Assembly: GCA_944386115.1 (NCBI GenBank)
Contig: CALWZV010000003.1
Span: forward strand, 7,582-47,581
Direction: 5' to 3'
Source: an uncultured Clostridia bacterium
Lineage (GTDB): Bacteria; Bacillota; Clostridia; TANB77; CAG-508
DNA: 40,000 bases
This document shows, in pieces, positions 18,811-28,250 of this stretch (position 1 is the stretch's first letter; each line of letters opens with the position of its first letter). Below the pieces are notes generated by a model. The model worked only from the letters and a program-made list of their open reading frames with translations, was not told the origin of the DNA and made no database searches. Position numbers and translations under genes: made by a program.

Positions 18811-19272
18811 TTACTTTCTTTGTGCAATTGTTCCTAATACCTCTTCTTCCTTTTTGCGCATTTTGTTTTTATCTTCCTCTTCTATGTGATCATATCCCAT
18901 CAAGTGATAAAAGCCGTGAACTATCATGTATGCTAGTTCTCGTTTTATGCTATGACCATATTCTTCTGCTTGTAAAATAACTTGTGGTATTGATATAACT
19001 ATATCCCCTAAAATATCTTCATTTTGTGATTCAACTGCTTTTGGTATTTCTTCTTTTTCAAACATTGGAAAAGATAAGACATCTGTTTTTTTATCTATAT
19101 TTCTATATTTTTTGTTCATTTTTTGTATGTTTTCATTATTTGTTATTGTTATACAAATATATAATTTTGAATTTTCTATTTTTTCATTTTCAAAACATTT
19201 TTTTATTGTTTCTCTTATAATATCTTCATATTCTTTGTTTTTTTCTATATCAATATATTCTATTTCATACAT
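18811..19272 (-). CDS. ybeY: rRNA maturation endoribonuclease YbeY
   Basis: 153-aa ORF with the zinc motif HGFYHLMGYDH. Confidence 0.9.
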   Translation of the reverse strand: MYEIEYIDIEKNKEYEDIIRETIKKCFENEKIENSKLYICITITNNENIQKMNKKYRNIDKKTDVLSFPMFEKEEIPKAVESQNEDILGDIVISIPQVILQAEEYGHSIKRELAYMIVHGFYHLMGYDHIEEEDKNKMRKKEEEVLGTIAQRK

Positions 19273-20447
19273 TTGTTTTTTATCACACTTCCTGTATACT
19301 TTCCTTGAATGGTTTTACAAGAATTTTTAAATTCTTTCATAGCTCCAGCTTTAACCAATTTTTCTTTATACATTTTTATTATTTTTGAATAATCTTTTTT
19401 ACTTCTATTTAATGCAATTAAATCATATTTTATAAATAAAATTTCTTTTTCCTTATCATTTTTTATATTTTTATATTTATTCCAGAACTTTTTATAATCA
19501 TCTCTTTTTTCTGGCTTGTCCCAATATACCTTTGTAGATAATAATTTCACATTATAATCTTCAATTATTTTTATAAGCATTTTATATGTTTTTTCTTGTT
19601 TACTCTTTAAGCCATTTACAATTAAATTTCTTGTCTGTTTTAGTAGTCTTACATAACATTGTTCTGCTGCAATAAGTGGTAAACTATGTGTAAATATCTC
19701 CCTACTTATTCCTAATAGAATTCTGTTTTTTTCTATTATATCTTTTTCGTCCAATTTACCAACTGCATATTGCTCATATTCATTTTTTTCTTTTTCTAAG
19801 TTTTTATTTGATATATCTTTTTTAAGTGGTAAAATATTATTTACATATTCTTCAATTATATCAAATATCTTATTATAGATCTCATCTTTACTTTGAAGCT
19901 TGCTACTTAAATTATCAGCAAGTTGTATAGAATAATTTTTTAATATTCCTTTATATAAATAATCTTGTTTTTCTATATAAAATGGTAAATATTTATTTAA
20001 GACTTTCTCTTTATTTGATTCTGAAATTGTTTCATAATCTAATTCTAGCAAATATTTTTGTTTCTTATGTTTATATTCTAAATATTCTGTTTCCTTTAAT
20101 TGTGTTATTGTATAGTATTTTGATAAAGCTTCTTTCTCAAAATTACTTGCTACTCCATTTTTTACTTTTTTATAAACTGAATCCATAATATACTTATCTA
20201 TTGACTCTAAATATAATGAATATGCTTCTTCGTATCTATTTATAATTACATCCATTTTTTCACTAGTACCTGAGTTTTCAGCTTCTTTGTAGTTTTCATA
20301 TGCTTTTAATAAACTGCTTCTTTTCATAGTTATCATAATTCCGTTTATTCCAACTTTAGTTGGTACTAGCAATTTACTTATTGTACTAGTTATTTTTGTA
20401 AAAAAAGTTTTTTCTGATGGTAAAACTCTCAAACTTCTTTCTTCCAT
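19260..20447 (-). CDS. hypothetical protein, K/E/Y-rich and predicted helical, no family recognised
   Basis: 395-aa ORF with clean coding statistics. It overlaps the ybeY start by 13 nt, which suggests translational coupling, and sits directly after yqfD. Confidence 0.6.
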   Translation of the reverse strand: MEERSLRVLPSEKTFFTKITSTISKLLVPTKVGINGIMITMKRSSLLKAYENYKEAENSGTSEKMDVIINRYEEAYSLYLESIDKYIMDSVYKKVKNGVASNFEKEALSKYYTITQLKETEYLEYKHKKQKYLLELDYETISESNKEKVLNKYLPFYIEKQDYLYKGILKNYSIQLADNLSSKLQSKDEIYNKIFDIIEEYVNNILPLKKDISNKNLEKEKNEYEQYAVGKLDEKDIIEKNRILLGISREIFTHSLPLIAAEQCYVRLLKQTRNLIVNGLKSKQEKTYKMLIKIIEDYNVKLLSTKVYWDKPEKRDDYKKFWNKYKNIKNDKEKEILFIKYDLIALNRSKKDYSKIIKMYKEKLVKAGAMKEFKNSCKTIQGKYTGSVIKNKCMK

Positions 20448-20462
20448 ATGTTCACTTTCCTT

Positions 20463-21647
20463 TCAAAAAACAATTTTTTCTTCTGTTCCTATGTTTTCTA
20501 AGACTTCATATATAACTTCAACATTTATGCTGTCTTGTTTTTCATAGAAATTCACTTGTTTGTTCAATATATTTTCTTTGTTTTCTATGTCATCCTCTAT
20601 TTCTTTTTCTAATTTTTCTATTGTTATTTCTTTTAATTCTTCTACTGAATATTCTACTTCTTCAATTTTTGTTTCATAGTTTGTAGTCTTAATAACTTCA
20701 ATTGGTAAATAAAAATTAGAAAACAACATTATTTTTTTATCTGTTACTATTGTATCATAATTTTTGAATTTTGAAAGGGTTTTATAAAAATTTATTTCAA
20801 AATTATTTATTCTTATTCCATATTTATTTTCTGTTTCTCCAGTGCGTTCTTTCACCTCCTGTTTAAGATTTACAGTTTCACTTTTACTATACCATACTTT
20901 TGCTTCAATATCTGCTTTGGCATGCACATATCTTGTTCCAGTATACTTACCTTCTAAATATCCTCCAACTAATATTGTTCCTTCTTTTACTAGGTCTCCT
21001 TCTTTTACAATTGCAGTACCATTTTGCACATTTATTTTAGTTATTATTCCAGATTTATTTGAAACTATATTGCAGTATTCATCTTCTTTTACAATCTCTG
21101 GTTTTGGGCTTGCTTTTACTATTTCCACTATTGCATTCGTTCCTTCTAGCTCTATACCTATCCAAGCAATATCATCTCGTTTCAATCTTATTTCATTTAT
21201 GATTTTTTTTGTGTCAATTTTGCTTTTTAATTTTCCAATTTCTAATCCTGTTTCTTTCAAAATCTGTTCCATCTCAATTTTTAAATCATCTTCTACTCCT
21301 TTTATTTCTATATTCCATACATAATTTGATGTTACTATTATACTAACAATAACAATACCCATAAGTACTACAAATACTTTTCTTTTTTTATATTTATTAA
21401 ACAGAAATGGTAACCCTTGTTTAGCTAAAATATTAATTTTGCATTTTGTTTTTTTATTTATTTTTCTTACTTTTTTAAAATCAATTATACTTATATTGGC
21501 AATCAATATAGCTTTATTTTTTCTTTTTATGTTCCATAATAATATGTTTTGGTTTACACATATATTTATAAATCTTTCAACAAAGTAACCTTCTATAGAA
21601 ATTTTTACATATCCGAGTATATATCCTAATATTACCTTTATTATCAT
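20463..21647 (-). CDS. yqfD: sporulation protein YqfD
   Basis: 394-aa ORF with N-terminal LGYVKISIEGYFVERFINICVNQNILLWNI, a central TM helix, and a 4-nt overlap with yqfC. Confidence 0.85.
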   Translation of the reverse strand: MIIKVILGYILGYVKISIEGYFVERFINICVNQNILLWNIKRKNKAILIANISIIDFKKVRKINKKTKCKINILAKQGLPFLFNKYKKRKVFVVLMGIVIVSIIVTSNYVWNIEIKGVEDDLKIEMEQILKETGLEIGKLKSKIDTKKIINEIRLKRDDIAWIGIELEGTNAIVEIVKASPKPEIVKEDEYCNIVSNKSGIITKINVQNGTAIVKEGDLVKEGTILVGGYLEGKYTGTRYVHAKADIEAKVWYSKSETVNLKQEVKERTGETENKYGIRINNFEINFYKTLSKFKNYDTIVTDKKIMLFSNFYLPIEVIKTTNYETKIEEVEYSVEELKEITIEKLEKEIEDDIENKENILNKQVNFYEKQDSINVEVIYEVLENIGTEEKIVF

Positions 21648-21913
21648 TTGTCCTCCTCTATATCTATACTATCTATTTTCCCTGTTATTATAATGTCATC
21701 TTCTGTTATTTGATTTAAGTTCAAATTCAGTCCATTTACATTTATTATTCCAATATAAGTATTAACTCTTACAAAAAACTCCTCGTACTCTAGAATTCCT
21801 TTATAATTTTCTATTAGCATTTCATTAGAACCTACTATAGTTATTTTAGGAATATTACTTATAATTTCTTTTGGCATTTCCAAAAAATTTTTTATTTTTT
21901 GTTTCTTTTCCAT
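21644..21913 (-). CDS. yqfC: sporulation protein YqfC
   Basis: 89-aa ORF containing PKITIVGSNEMLIENYKGILEYEEFFVRVNT, located upstream of yqfD. Confidence 0.85.
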   Translation of the reverse strand: MEKKQKIKNFLEMPKEIISNIPKITIVGSNEMLIENYKGILEYEEFFVRVNTYIGIINVNGLNLNLNQITEDDIIITGKIDSIDIEEDK

Positions 21914-22040
21914 CTTTTAACCTCGTTCTTTTAAATTTATTTTTTGAAAATAAACTTATTTTTCATATGCACATTGAAAAAATCACATAAAAAAAGATAA
22001 GTTAATATATTATATTAACTCATCTTTTTTTTATTACACA

Positions 22041-22815
22041 TTAATTATTAGATTTAGCTATATCTTCTAGTCTTTTTTTACACATTTCTATCTCTTTTTG
22101 TATTTTTCTTTTTATCTCTTCTGTTGGTTCCTTTTTATTTATTTCTATCATATCTTTAATATTTTCTATTGTATCATATATATTTTTATAACTTAAAGAT
22201 GTGGTAATACTATTTTGTCTTCCACTTATATATGTATGCACTGGAAAAGCAGCAATTTCATAACTTTGTACTTTCATTATAGAATTATATATGAATAATA
22301 CATCTTCATAAAATCTGTTTTCTGGAAAAAACAAATTATTTTTTAATAAAAATTCTCTATTCCAGCACTTGCTCCATACATTAGGATATGGATCTTTAGA
22401 TGCTTTATATGATCTATCACATGTTTCTTTGGTCGGTATTACAATTTCTTCTCTGTTTCCACTTATTTCAAACCCCATATATATAACATCTGGTTTTTTT
22501 AAAGATATTACATTGTCAAGTTTTTCTAAAACATTTTCATTATTTAAATAATCATCTCCATCTAAAAAAATTATATATTCTCCCTTAGCAACCCTTAACC
22601 CGTGAGTTTCTGGCGCCTCCAAGGCATTTATTTTCCTCATGATTTATAACAATTATGTTATTAAATTCATTTATTTTTTCTAATGTTTTATCTGTAGAAC
22701 AGTCATTTATAACTATTACTTCATATGATTTGAATGTTTGTGCTAAAACACTTTTTATGCTTCTTCCTATATATTCTTGTATATTATATGCTGGTATTAT
22801 TATACTAAATCTCAT
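22041..22815 (-). CDS. family-2 glycosyltransferase, frame interrupted (+1 at sense C = plus 22602)
   Basis: Track pieces 22585-22815 (MRFSIIIPAYN..VIVINDCSTD..) and 22041-22640 (..GLRVAKGEYIIFLDGDDYL..) join as GGARNS|GLRVAKGEYIIFLDGDD, giving the GT-A fold with a DxD motif. Length is 775 nt, i.e. 3n+1. Confidence 0.85.
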
Positions 22816-22830
22816 TTTTTCATTTTCTCC

Positions 22831-23982
22831 TTATTTTTTTATTGGTGTTGCTTTACTTGCTGGTCCATCTTTTATCTTGTATTCTTGTCCATCTTTTATA
22901 CTTTCAAATAAATTTATTAGGTTATTTGTTGCATTTTTGCTATTCCATGTTTCTAGTATTGTTTTATATGCATTTTCATATAATTTTTTTCTTAATTTAT
23001 TATCTTCAATTAAATTTTTTGTGTACATATATAATTCTTCAAAATTTTTATACAATAGTCCATTTTCTGAATCATTTATTAAAAATGGGGCTGCTCCAAC
23101 ATTAATATCTGTTATTACAGCACATGCACTATTCATTGCTTCATTTAGTACAGCGCCCCAGCCTTCTTGCTTTCCACTTGTTAATATAAATATATTTGCT
23201 TTTTCCATATAATCTCTTACTTTGTCACTTTCAACTGCTCCTGTTAATTCTACATAATTTTCTAGATTATTCTTGTGGATTTCTTCCTTTATTTTCTCAT
23301 ACATTATCCCTGTACCTATCATTGTAATTTTAAATTCTAGTCCATCTTTTACTAGCTTTTTAGCAAGTTTAATCATTTTTTCTGGGTGCTTCCATTTAAT
23401 AAATCTTGCTACCCATACAATATTAATAGGTTTGCTCTTTTCTTTGTTTTTTATTAGTTGTTCCAAATTATATTCTTTTGTTTCTGGGAAATATCCCCAT
23501 TTATATATTTTATTTTTATAAAGGCCTAATTTATAAAAGTCGTTTGCTCCATATGCATTTGCACATAACATATATAGGTTTTTGTTTTTTCTATACTTTA
23601 TGTGCCTTTCATATAACAGTTTCATCTTTTCTTTATCAAATATTGTCATTATTCCATTCGAAAATACTCTTGCTCTATATCTAAATGTAAGTTTATCTTG
23701 TTTTAATCTCTCCTCTATATATTTGTCTGATGTTGACCCCATTATTACAATGTCACTTTCTACTGCAAGTTTTAATGCTTTATCATATTCTTCTTTACTT
23801 TCATATGCTTTTACTACAAAATCATATTTATCATCTAGATTTTTAAATCCAAGTTTTAATCTTTCTTCTGTTATTTTTATAGTTGCTACAAACTTAAAAT
23901 CATTTCCATATTTTGAAACCATTTCCATACAAAATGGTAATTGATGATGTGTTAAAAAATTCGAATAAAAAGTTACCTTCAT
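22831..23982 (-). CDS. GT-B (family 1/4-like) glycosyltransferase
   Basis: The C-terminal half has ..NIFILTSGKQEGWGAVLNEAMNSACAVI.. (E-x7-E-like region). I prefer the ATG at 23982, after AAGGGGG, over 24009. Confidence 0.75.
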   Translation of the reverse strand: MKVTFYSNFLTHHQLPFCMEMVSKYGNDFKFVATIKITEERLKLGFKNLDDKYDFVVKAYESKEEYDKALKLAVESDIVIMGSTSDKYIEERLKQDKLTFRYRARVFSNGIMTIFDKEKMKLLYERHIKYRKNKNLYMLCANAYGANDFYKLGLYKNKIYKWGYFPETKEYNLEQLIKNKEKSKPINIVWVARFIKWKHPEKMIKLAKKLVKDGLEFKITMIGTGIMYEKIKEEIHKNNLENYVELTGAVESDKVRDYMEKANIFILTSGKQEGWGAVLNEAMNSACAVITDINVGAAPFLINDSENGLLYKNFEELYMYTKNLIEDNKLRKKLYENAYKTILETWNSKNATNNLINLFESIKDGQEYKIKDGPASKATPIKK

Positions 23983-24073
23983 TTTTGCCCCCTTTTTAAT
24001 TTTTTTCATTATACATTTTTTATCTTTTTATGTCAATTCACGTTAAATTAAAATAGAGCATTTAATTACAAAA

Positions 24074-24892
24074 TTATTTAAACTCATCTAAGCTTTTTAT
24101 TTCGTATCCCATACTTTTTATTTCTTTTATGCAATAATCTAATACATTTGCATTATCCTTCGAGTTCCCATGTAATAAAATTACAGCTCCTGGATGTATA
24201 TTATCTAAAATTTTCTTTTTAGCATATTCTTCCCCTTTTTGATTATTTTCATCCCAATCATCATAAGCAAATGACCACATCACCGTTGTATAGCCTAGCT
24301 TTTGGCAAAGTGATAAAGTTCTTTCACTAATCTCACCTTTAGGTGGTCTTATATATTTCATCTCATATCCTGTTTTTTCAAACAAAGCTGTATGCAGATT
24401 CATTACTTCTTTTTCTAGTTTTTCGTTTCCTATTTCAGGCATACTATAATGATTAACTGTATGATTTCCAACAATATGTCCCTCTTCTATCATTTGCTTA
24501 ACTAGCTCTGGTTGTGAATTTAAATAATGTGCTGTTATAAAAAATGTTGCTGTTACTTGATTATTTCTTAATGTTTCTAATATTTGTTTTGTGTAACCTG
24601 CTTCATATCCTTCATCAAATGTTAAATATACTGTTTTGTCTTCATTATTTCCTAATGCTATTCCTTCATATTTATTTAATAACTCCATATTTTTTATTCC
24701 CAAATCTGGTTGTTTGTGTTCTTTTGCCCTTTTTATCCCCCACTCTATTTTTTGATTGCTTAAATTAATATTAGCACTTGTTTGGATATATTCTTTTTTT
24801 CCTATGTTTGTAATTGTACATAATGAAATTGTAAATAAAATTATTATAATGAATAACATTATTTTTTTACCCTTTATAATATTTATTCTCAT
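24074..24892 (-). CDS. pdaA: polysaccharide deacetylase, PdaA-like (delta-lactam-biosynthetic de-N-acetylase type)
   Basis: 272-aa ORF with an N-terminal signal/anchor and NodB motifs TFDEGY, HTVNH and ILLH. Confidence 0.7.
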   Translation of the reverse strand: MRINIIKGKKIMLFIIIILFTISLCTITNIGKKEYIQTSANINLSNQKIEWGIKRAKEHKQPDLGIKNMELLNKYEGIALGNNEDKTVYLTFDEGYEAGYTKQILETLRNNQVTATFFITAHYLNSQPELVKQMIEEGHIVGNHTVNHYSMPEIGNEKLEKEVMNLHTALFEKTGYEMKYIRPPKGEISERTLSLCQKLGYTTVMWSFAYDDWDENNQKGEEYAKKKILDNIHPGAVILLHGNSKDNANVLDYCIKEIKSMGYEIKSLDEFK

Positions 24893-25137
24893 AATTCTTT
24901 CCTTTCATAAAAATGTTTAATTTCTATTTTAAATTTTATGATTTTTATTTTTTATTATTACATTCTAACATTAATTGTTAATTCTTTTATATTAACAAAA
25001 GTCAAAAATTGACAGGTATAATTTTGTTCTTTTTGTTTTTCTGCATATATATATTTATATGAAATATAATTTTACAAATCAAATTATATATTTCTACAAA
25101 AATCATGTAAAAAATTGCCAAAATTTAGATTTTATAC

Positions 25138-25166
25138 TTGACAACACTACATTTTTGCAATAATAT
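25138..25166 (+). promoter_or_regulatory. candidate sigma-A promoter for the LytTR regulator/kinase operon
   Basis: TTGACA (25138-25143), a 17-nt spacer, then TAATAT (25161-25166), about 45 nt upstream of the ATG at 25213. Confidence 0.5.
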
Positions 25167-25212
25167 TATTTTTGCTATGAGTATAAAGATTTTATATAGG
25201 GGTGATTTTTTT

Positions 25213-25956
25213 ATGTTAAATTTCGTATTATGTGATGACCATGTTATTACATTAAATAAATTATCAAAAATGTTAGAATCAATATTCATTGAAAAAAATA
25301 TCAATGCCACTGTAGCATTAAAAGCTAAAACTGCAAATGAAGTAATTGATTTCATTAAGTATAATAAAGTTGATGTTTTAATTTTAGACATAGATTTAAA
25401 ATCTACTATGTCTGGAATAGAGCTCGGTCAATTTATAAGAAATAATAATAAATCTGTTTACATTATTTACACTACAGGACATATAGAATATGTTATGATT
25501 GCATACAAAGTAAAAACTTTTGATTTTCTACCAAAACCTATTGTTAAAGAGAGATTAGAAGACACTGTATTAAGACTTATAGATGATATGAAAACTTCTC
25601 CTAAACAATATATAAAAATAGGCTCAAGCCGTACTTTTGTTAATCAAGAAGATATTAATTTTATTAAAAGAGATGGTATGAAAGTAGTTTTTTATACAAA
25701 TAATCGTCAATATGAGACATATAGTTCTTTCTCGAAACTTCAAACACTTCTCCCAGATAATTTTATAAGATGTCATAAATCATACATTGCCAATATCAAT
25801 AATATTATAGATATTCAAACATCTAATAATACAATTTTATTTAATAATGATGAAAAGTGCGATATTGGACCTAAATATAAAACAAATTTAATGGAGGTTA
25901 TAAAAAATCATGGAATTTCTACAAACGATTTTGACTGCGCTTACAACGCAAAATGA
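25213..25956 (+). CDS. LytTR-family response regulator (AgrA-like)
   Basis: MLNFVLCDDH..VDVLILDIDL (receiver domain) plus a C-terminal LytTR domain (..FIRCHKSYIANI..). The ATG at 25213 follows AGGGGTGA. The 25138 start in the track is an upstream extension. Confidence 0.85.
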   Translation: MLNFVLCDDHVITLNKLSKMLESIFIEKNINATVALKAKTANEVIDFIKYNKVDVLILDIDLKSTMSGIELGQFIRNNNKSVYIIYTTGHIEYVMIAYKVKTFDFLPKPIVKERLEDTVLRLIDDMKTSPKQYIKIGSSRTFVNQEDINFIKRDGMKVVFYTNNRQYETYSSFSKLQTLLPDNFIRCHKSYIANINNIIDIQTSNNTILFNNDEKCDIGPKYKTNLMEVIKNHGISTNDFDCAYNAK

Positions 25957-27259
25957 AGGATTAATTACACTTTTTAGTGTACCACTTACTTTTATTGAAA
26001 TGATAGTAACAATGTTATTTTTTACAACAATATTAAATATCTCTGCTGCTAGAGATCAAAAAGCTATATATATTCTTGCCTCTAGCTCTTGTGTAATACT
26101 TGCAAATAACTTTATACCTAAACCATATGGTGCATATGTATGTATTTTGTCTGTTTTTGCTTTAATATTATTATTCTTTAAGACAAACATATTTAAAGCT
26201 TTAGTTGCAGAAATAATTATTCTAGCAATAACGTCTACATTAGAAATTTTCTTTTTAAGAATCTATCTAATGGTGTTTAATACTTCCTATATTAACACAA
26301 TAACTATACCTATATATAGAATATCTATGACATTACTTATTTATCTAGTAATCTTTTTATTATACAAGCTGATATCATACTTTAAATTTAATATTACACT
26401 AATAGAAAATATGAACCTTTCTAATAAAATCTTTTTGTTTTTGAATTTTCTATTAGCACTAATATCTATATGTGCTCAATTCTATCTTGGTACATTTTAT
26501 AATGACAACTTGCCATTTCTAATTGTATTATTAAGTATGATAAGCTTAATAGCATATTTCTTTATAAGTATATATAGTTTGACTAGAACTACAAAATTAG
26601 AAATTGCAACAAGAGATTTAGAAAGCGAAAAATTATATAATAAATCTTTAACAATTTTGCATGATAGTATAAGATGTTTCAGACATGATTTTAGTAATAT
26701 GGTTTCTGCAATTGGTGGTTTTATTTCATCTAATGATATGGATGGACTAAAAAGCTATTATTCAGAGCTCTTAGCAGATTGTCAAACAATTAATAATTTA
26801 TCTACATTAAGTCCTGAAGTTATAAATAATCCTGCAGTTTATAGTTTGCTTACAGCTAAATATCATAGAGCAGATGAATCTGGTATAAAAATAAATTTAG
26901 AAATATTTTTAGATTTAAATACTATTAATATGAAAATATATGAATTCACCAAAATATTAGGTATTTTAATGGATAATGCAATAGAGGCTGCAAGTGAATG
27001 TGATGATAGGATTGTTAATTTAATTATGAGAAATGATCGTAAACATTCAAGGCAATTATTAATTATAGAAAATACATATAAAGATAAAAATATAGATACA
27101 GAGAAAATATACGAAAAATCTTATTCTACAAAACCAAATAATACAGGATTAGGTTTATGGGAAGTAAGAAAAATACTTAAGAAAAATCGTAATTTAAATT
27201 TATTTACTTCAAAAGATGATGTTTTATTTAAACAACAATTAGAAATTTATTATAATTAA
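25910..27259 (+). CDS. multi-TM GHKL sensor histidine kinase (AgrC-like, HPK10 type)
   Basis: 449-aa ORF with about 6 N-terminal TM helices, H-box CFRHDFSNM, N-box LGILMDNAIEA and G-box NTGLGLWEV. Confidence 0.85.
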   Translation: MEFLQTILTALTTQNEGLITLFSVPLTFIEMIVTMLFFTTILNISAARDQKAIYILASSSCVILANNFIPKPYGAYVCILSVFALILLFFKTNIFKALVAEIIILAITSTLEIFFLRIYLMVFNTSYINTITIPIYRISMTLLIYLVIFLLYKLISYFKFNITLIENMNLSNKIFLFLNFLLALISICAQFYLGTFYNDNLPFLIVLLSMISLIAYFFISIYSLTRTTKLEIATRDLESEKLYNKSLTILHDSIRCFRHDFSNMVSAIGGFISSNDMDGLKSYYSELLADCQTINNLSTLSPEVINNPAVYSLLTAKYHRADESGIKINLEIFLDLNTINMKIYEFTKILGILMDNAIEAASECDDRIVNLIMRNDRKHSRQLLIIENTYKDKNIDTEKIYEKSYSTKPNNTGLGLWEVRKILKKNRNLNLFTSKDDVLFKQQLEIYYN

Positions 27260-27280
27260 AAATTTATAAATTAATATTTT

Positions 27281-27304
27281 ATCCATGTTTTAATAAACAT
27301 GGAT
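27281..27304 (+). terminator. terminator after the kinase gene
   Basis: ATCCATGTT (27281-27289) pairs with AACATGGAT (27296-27304), followed by CTTTTATT. Confidence 0.65.
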
Positions 27305-27344
27305 CTTTTATTATATAGAAAAATCTAAGACTTTTTTATATACA

Positions 27345-27380
27345 AAGAAAGAAGTTACTGTCGATTATAACTTCTTTCTT
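27345..27380 (-). terminator. hairpin downstream of agrD (possible terminator)
   Basis: Perfect 12-bp stem: AAGAAAGAAGTT (27345-27356) pairs with AACTTCTTTCTT (27369-27380). The U-rich stretch lies inside the 3' arm rather than after it. Confidence 0.4.
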
Positions 27381-27424
27381 AAGGAAATATTGTTAATTTA
27401 AAATCTACTGGTATAGTTTTAAAA

Positions 27425-27544
27425 TTAATCTTTCTTTATTAATGAACTTGGCATTTTAGGTTGGTGAACAATTCCCCAACAGAAACAAGCTGTATTTGTT
27501 ACTTTAGCATATTTTTCTGCTACTTTTGTTAATAATTTTAACAT
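27425..27544 (-). CDS. agrD: AgrD-type autoinducing-peptide precursor (39 aa), absent from the ORF track
   Basis: My own translation is MLKLLTKVAEKYAKVTNTACFCWGIVHQPKMPSSLIKKD. It has an amphipathic leader, a Cys-containing core and a C-terminal HQPxxPxxL recognition tail. AAGGAG lies 7 nt upstream, and agrB is immediately upstream. Confidence 0.85.
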   Translation of the reverse strand: MLKLLTKVAEKYAKVTNTACFCWGIVHQPKMPSSLIKKD

Positions 27545-27580
27545 AACTAATCTCCTTTCTGTAAAAATGCTTTATATAAC

Positions 27581-27609
27581 ATAAGATATTTGCCGGCTTA
27601 ATATCTTAT
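27581..27609 (-). other. stem-loop in the agrB-agrD intergenic spacer
   Basis: ATAAGATATT (27581-27590) pairs with AATATCTTAT (27600-27609). The loop contains GCCGGC. The structure starts 2 nt after the agrB stop. Confidence 0.5.
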
Positions 27610-27610
27610 A

Positions 27611-28243
27611 TCATGCTATATTTGTTGTTTCTTGCTTTTCATATATTTCATATCCATATTTATTATTTGTTAATTTATATGCAAATCTTGTTATTGTAAT
27701 AGTTTCTATTAGTACTCCAAATATTATTAAATTTGAAATTTGTGGATTTTTTACAAATATTGCAATAATAAGATAAATGCTTAAAGTTATATATGATAAA
27801 ATTTTCTTTATTTTTCTTTCTTTTTTTCGTAAGATTGGTACATTTTCAGTGTCTGCTGGTGCATATAGCTTACACATACACATTCCAAATACCCAAGTAA
27901 ATGCAATTAAAATGTATTTTATATATACTGGTTCTAAAATTATATATTTGCTAATTAAAGCATTTCCACAATACATTAAATTTGTACATATTATGCATCC
28001 TAAATGAGTTTTTAGATGAAATCCTCCAGCAAAAAGTCTATAAGGTAAAATAATTACCATCGATAGTATTGTTAATTCCCCAACTCCAAGTAAAAATCCA
28101 ATTACAAAAAGTAATATCACTTTAGGTATTTCCCCTATTACATTTTGCAATCCATAATTTATTACTTCTGCCCTTTCATCGTCTATTTCTGGCATCTTTT
28201 TTCTTATTTTATTAGTTAAAATATTACAAATTTTTTCTATCAT
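27611..28243 (-). CDS. agrB: AgrB, membrane endopeptidase that processes AgrD
   Basis: 210-aa polytopic ORF. GGFHLKTHLGC has His and Cys spaced 7 residues apart, like the catalytic His77/Cys84 pair of S. aureus AgrB. Confidence 0.85.
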   Translation of the reverse strand: MIEKICNILTNKIRKKMPEIDDERAEVINYGLQNVIGEIPKVILLFVIGFLLGVGELTILSMVIILPYRLFAGGFHLKTHLGCIICTNLMYCGNALISKYIILEPVYIKYILIAFTWVFGMCMCKLYAPADTENVPILRKKERKIKKILSYITLSIYLIIAIFVKNPQISNLIIFGVLIETITITRFAYKLTNNKYGYEIYEKQETTNIA

Positions 28244-28250
28244 AAAAAAA

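Noticed and set aside
25009-25022. Consensus TTGACA and TATAAT hexamers close together upstream of the regulator gene.
   Set aside because: Only 2 nt separate them, which is incompatible with a sigma-A promoter. The TTGACA/TAATAT pair at 25138-25166, with a 17-nt spacer, is the better candidate.
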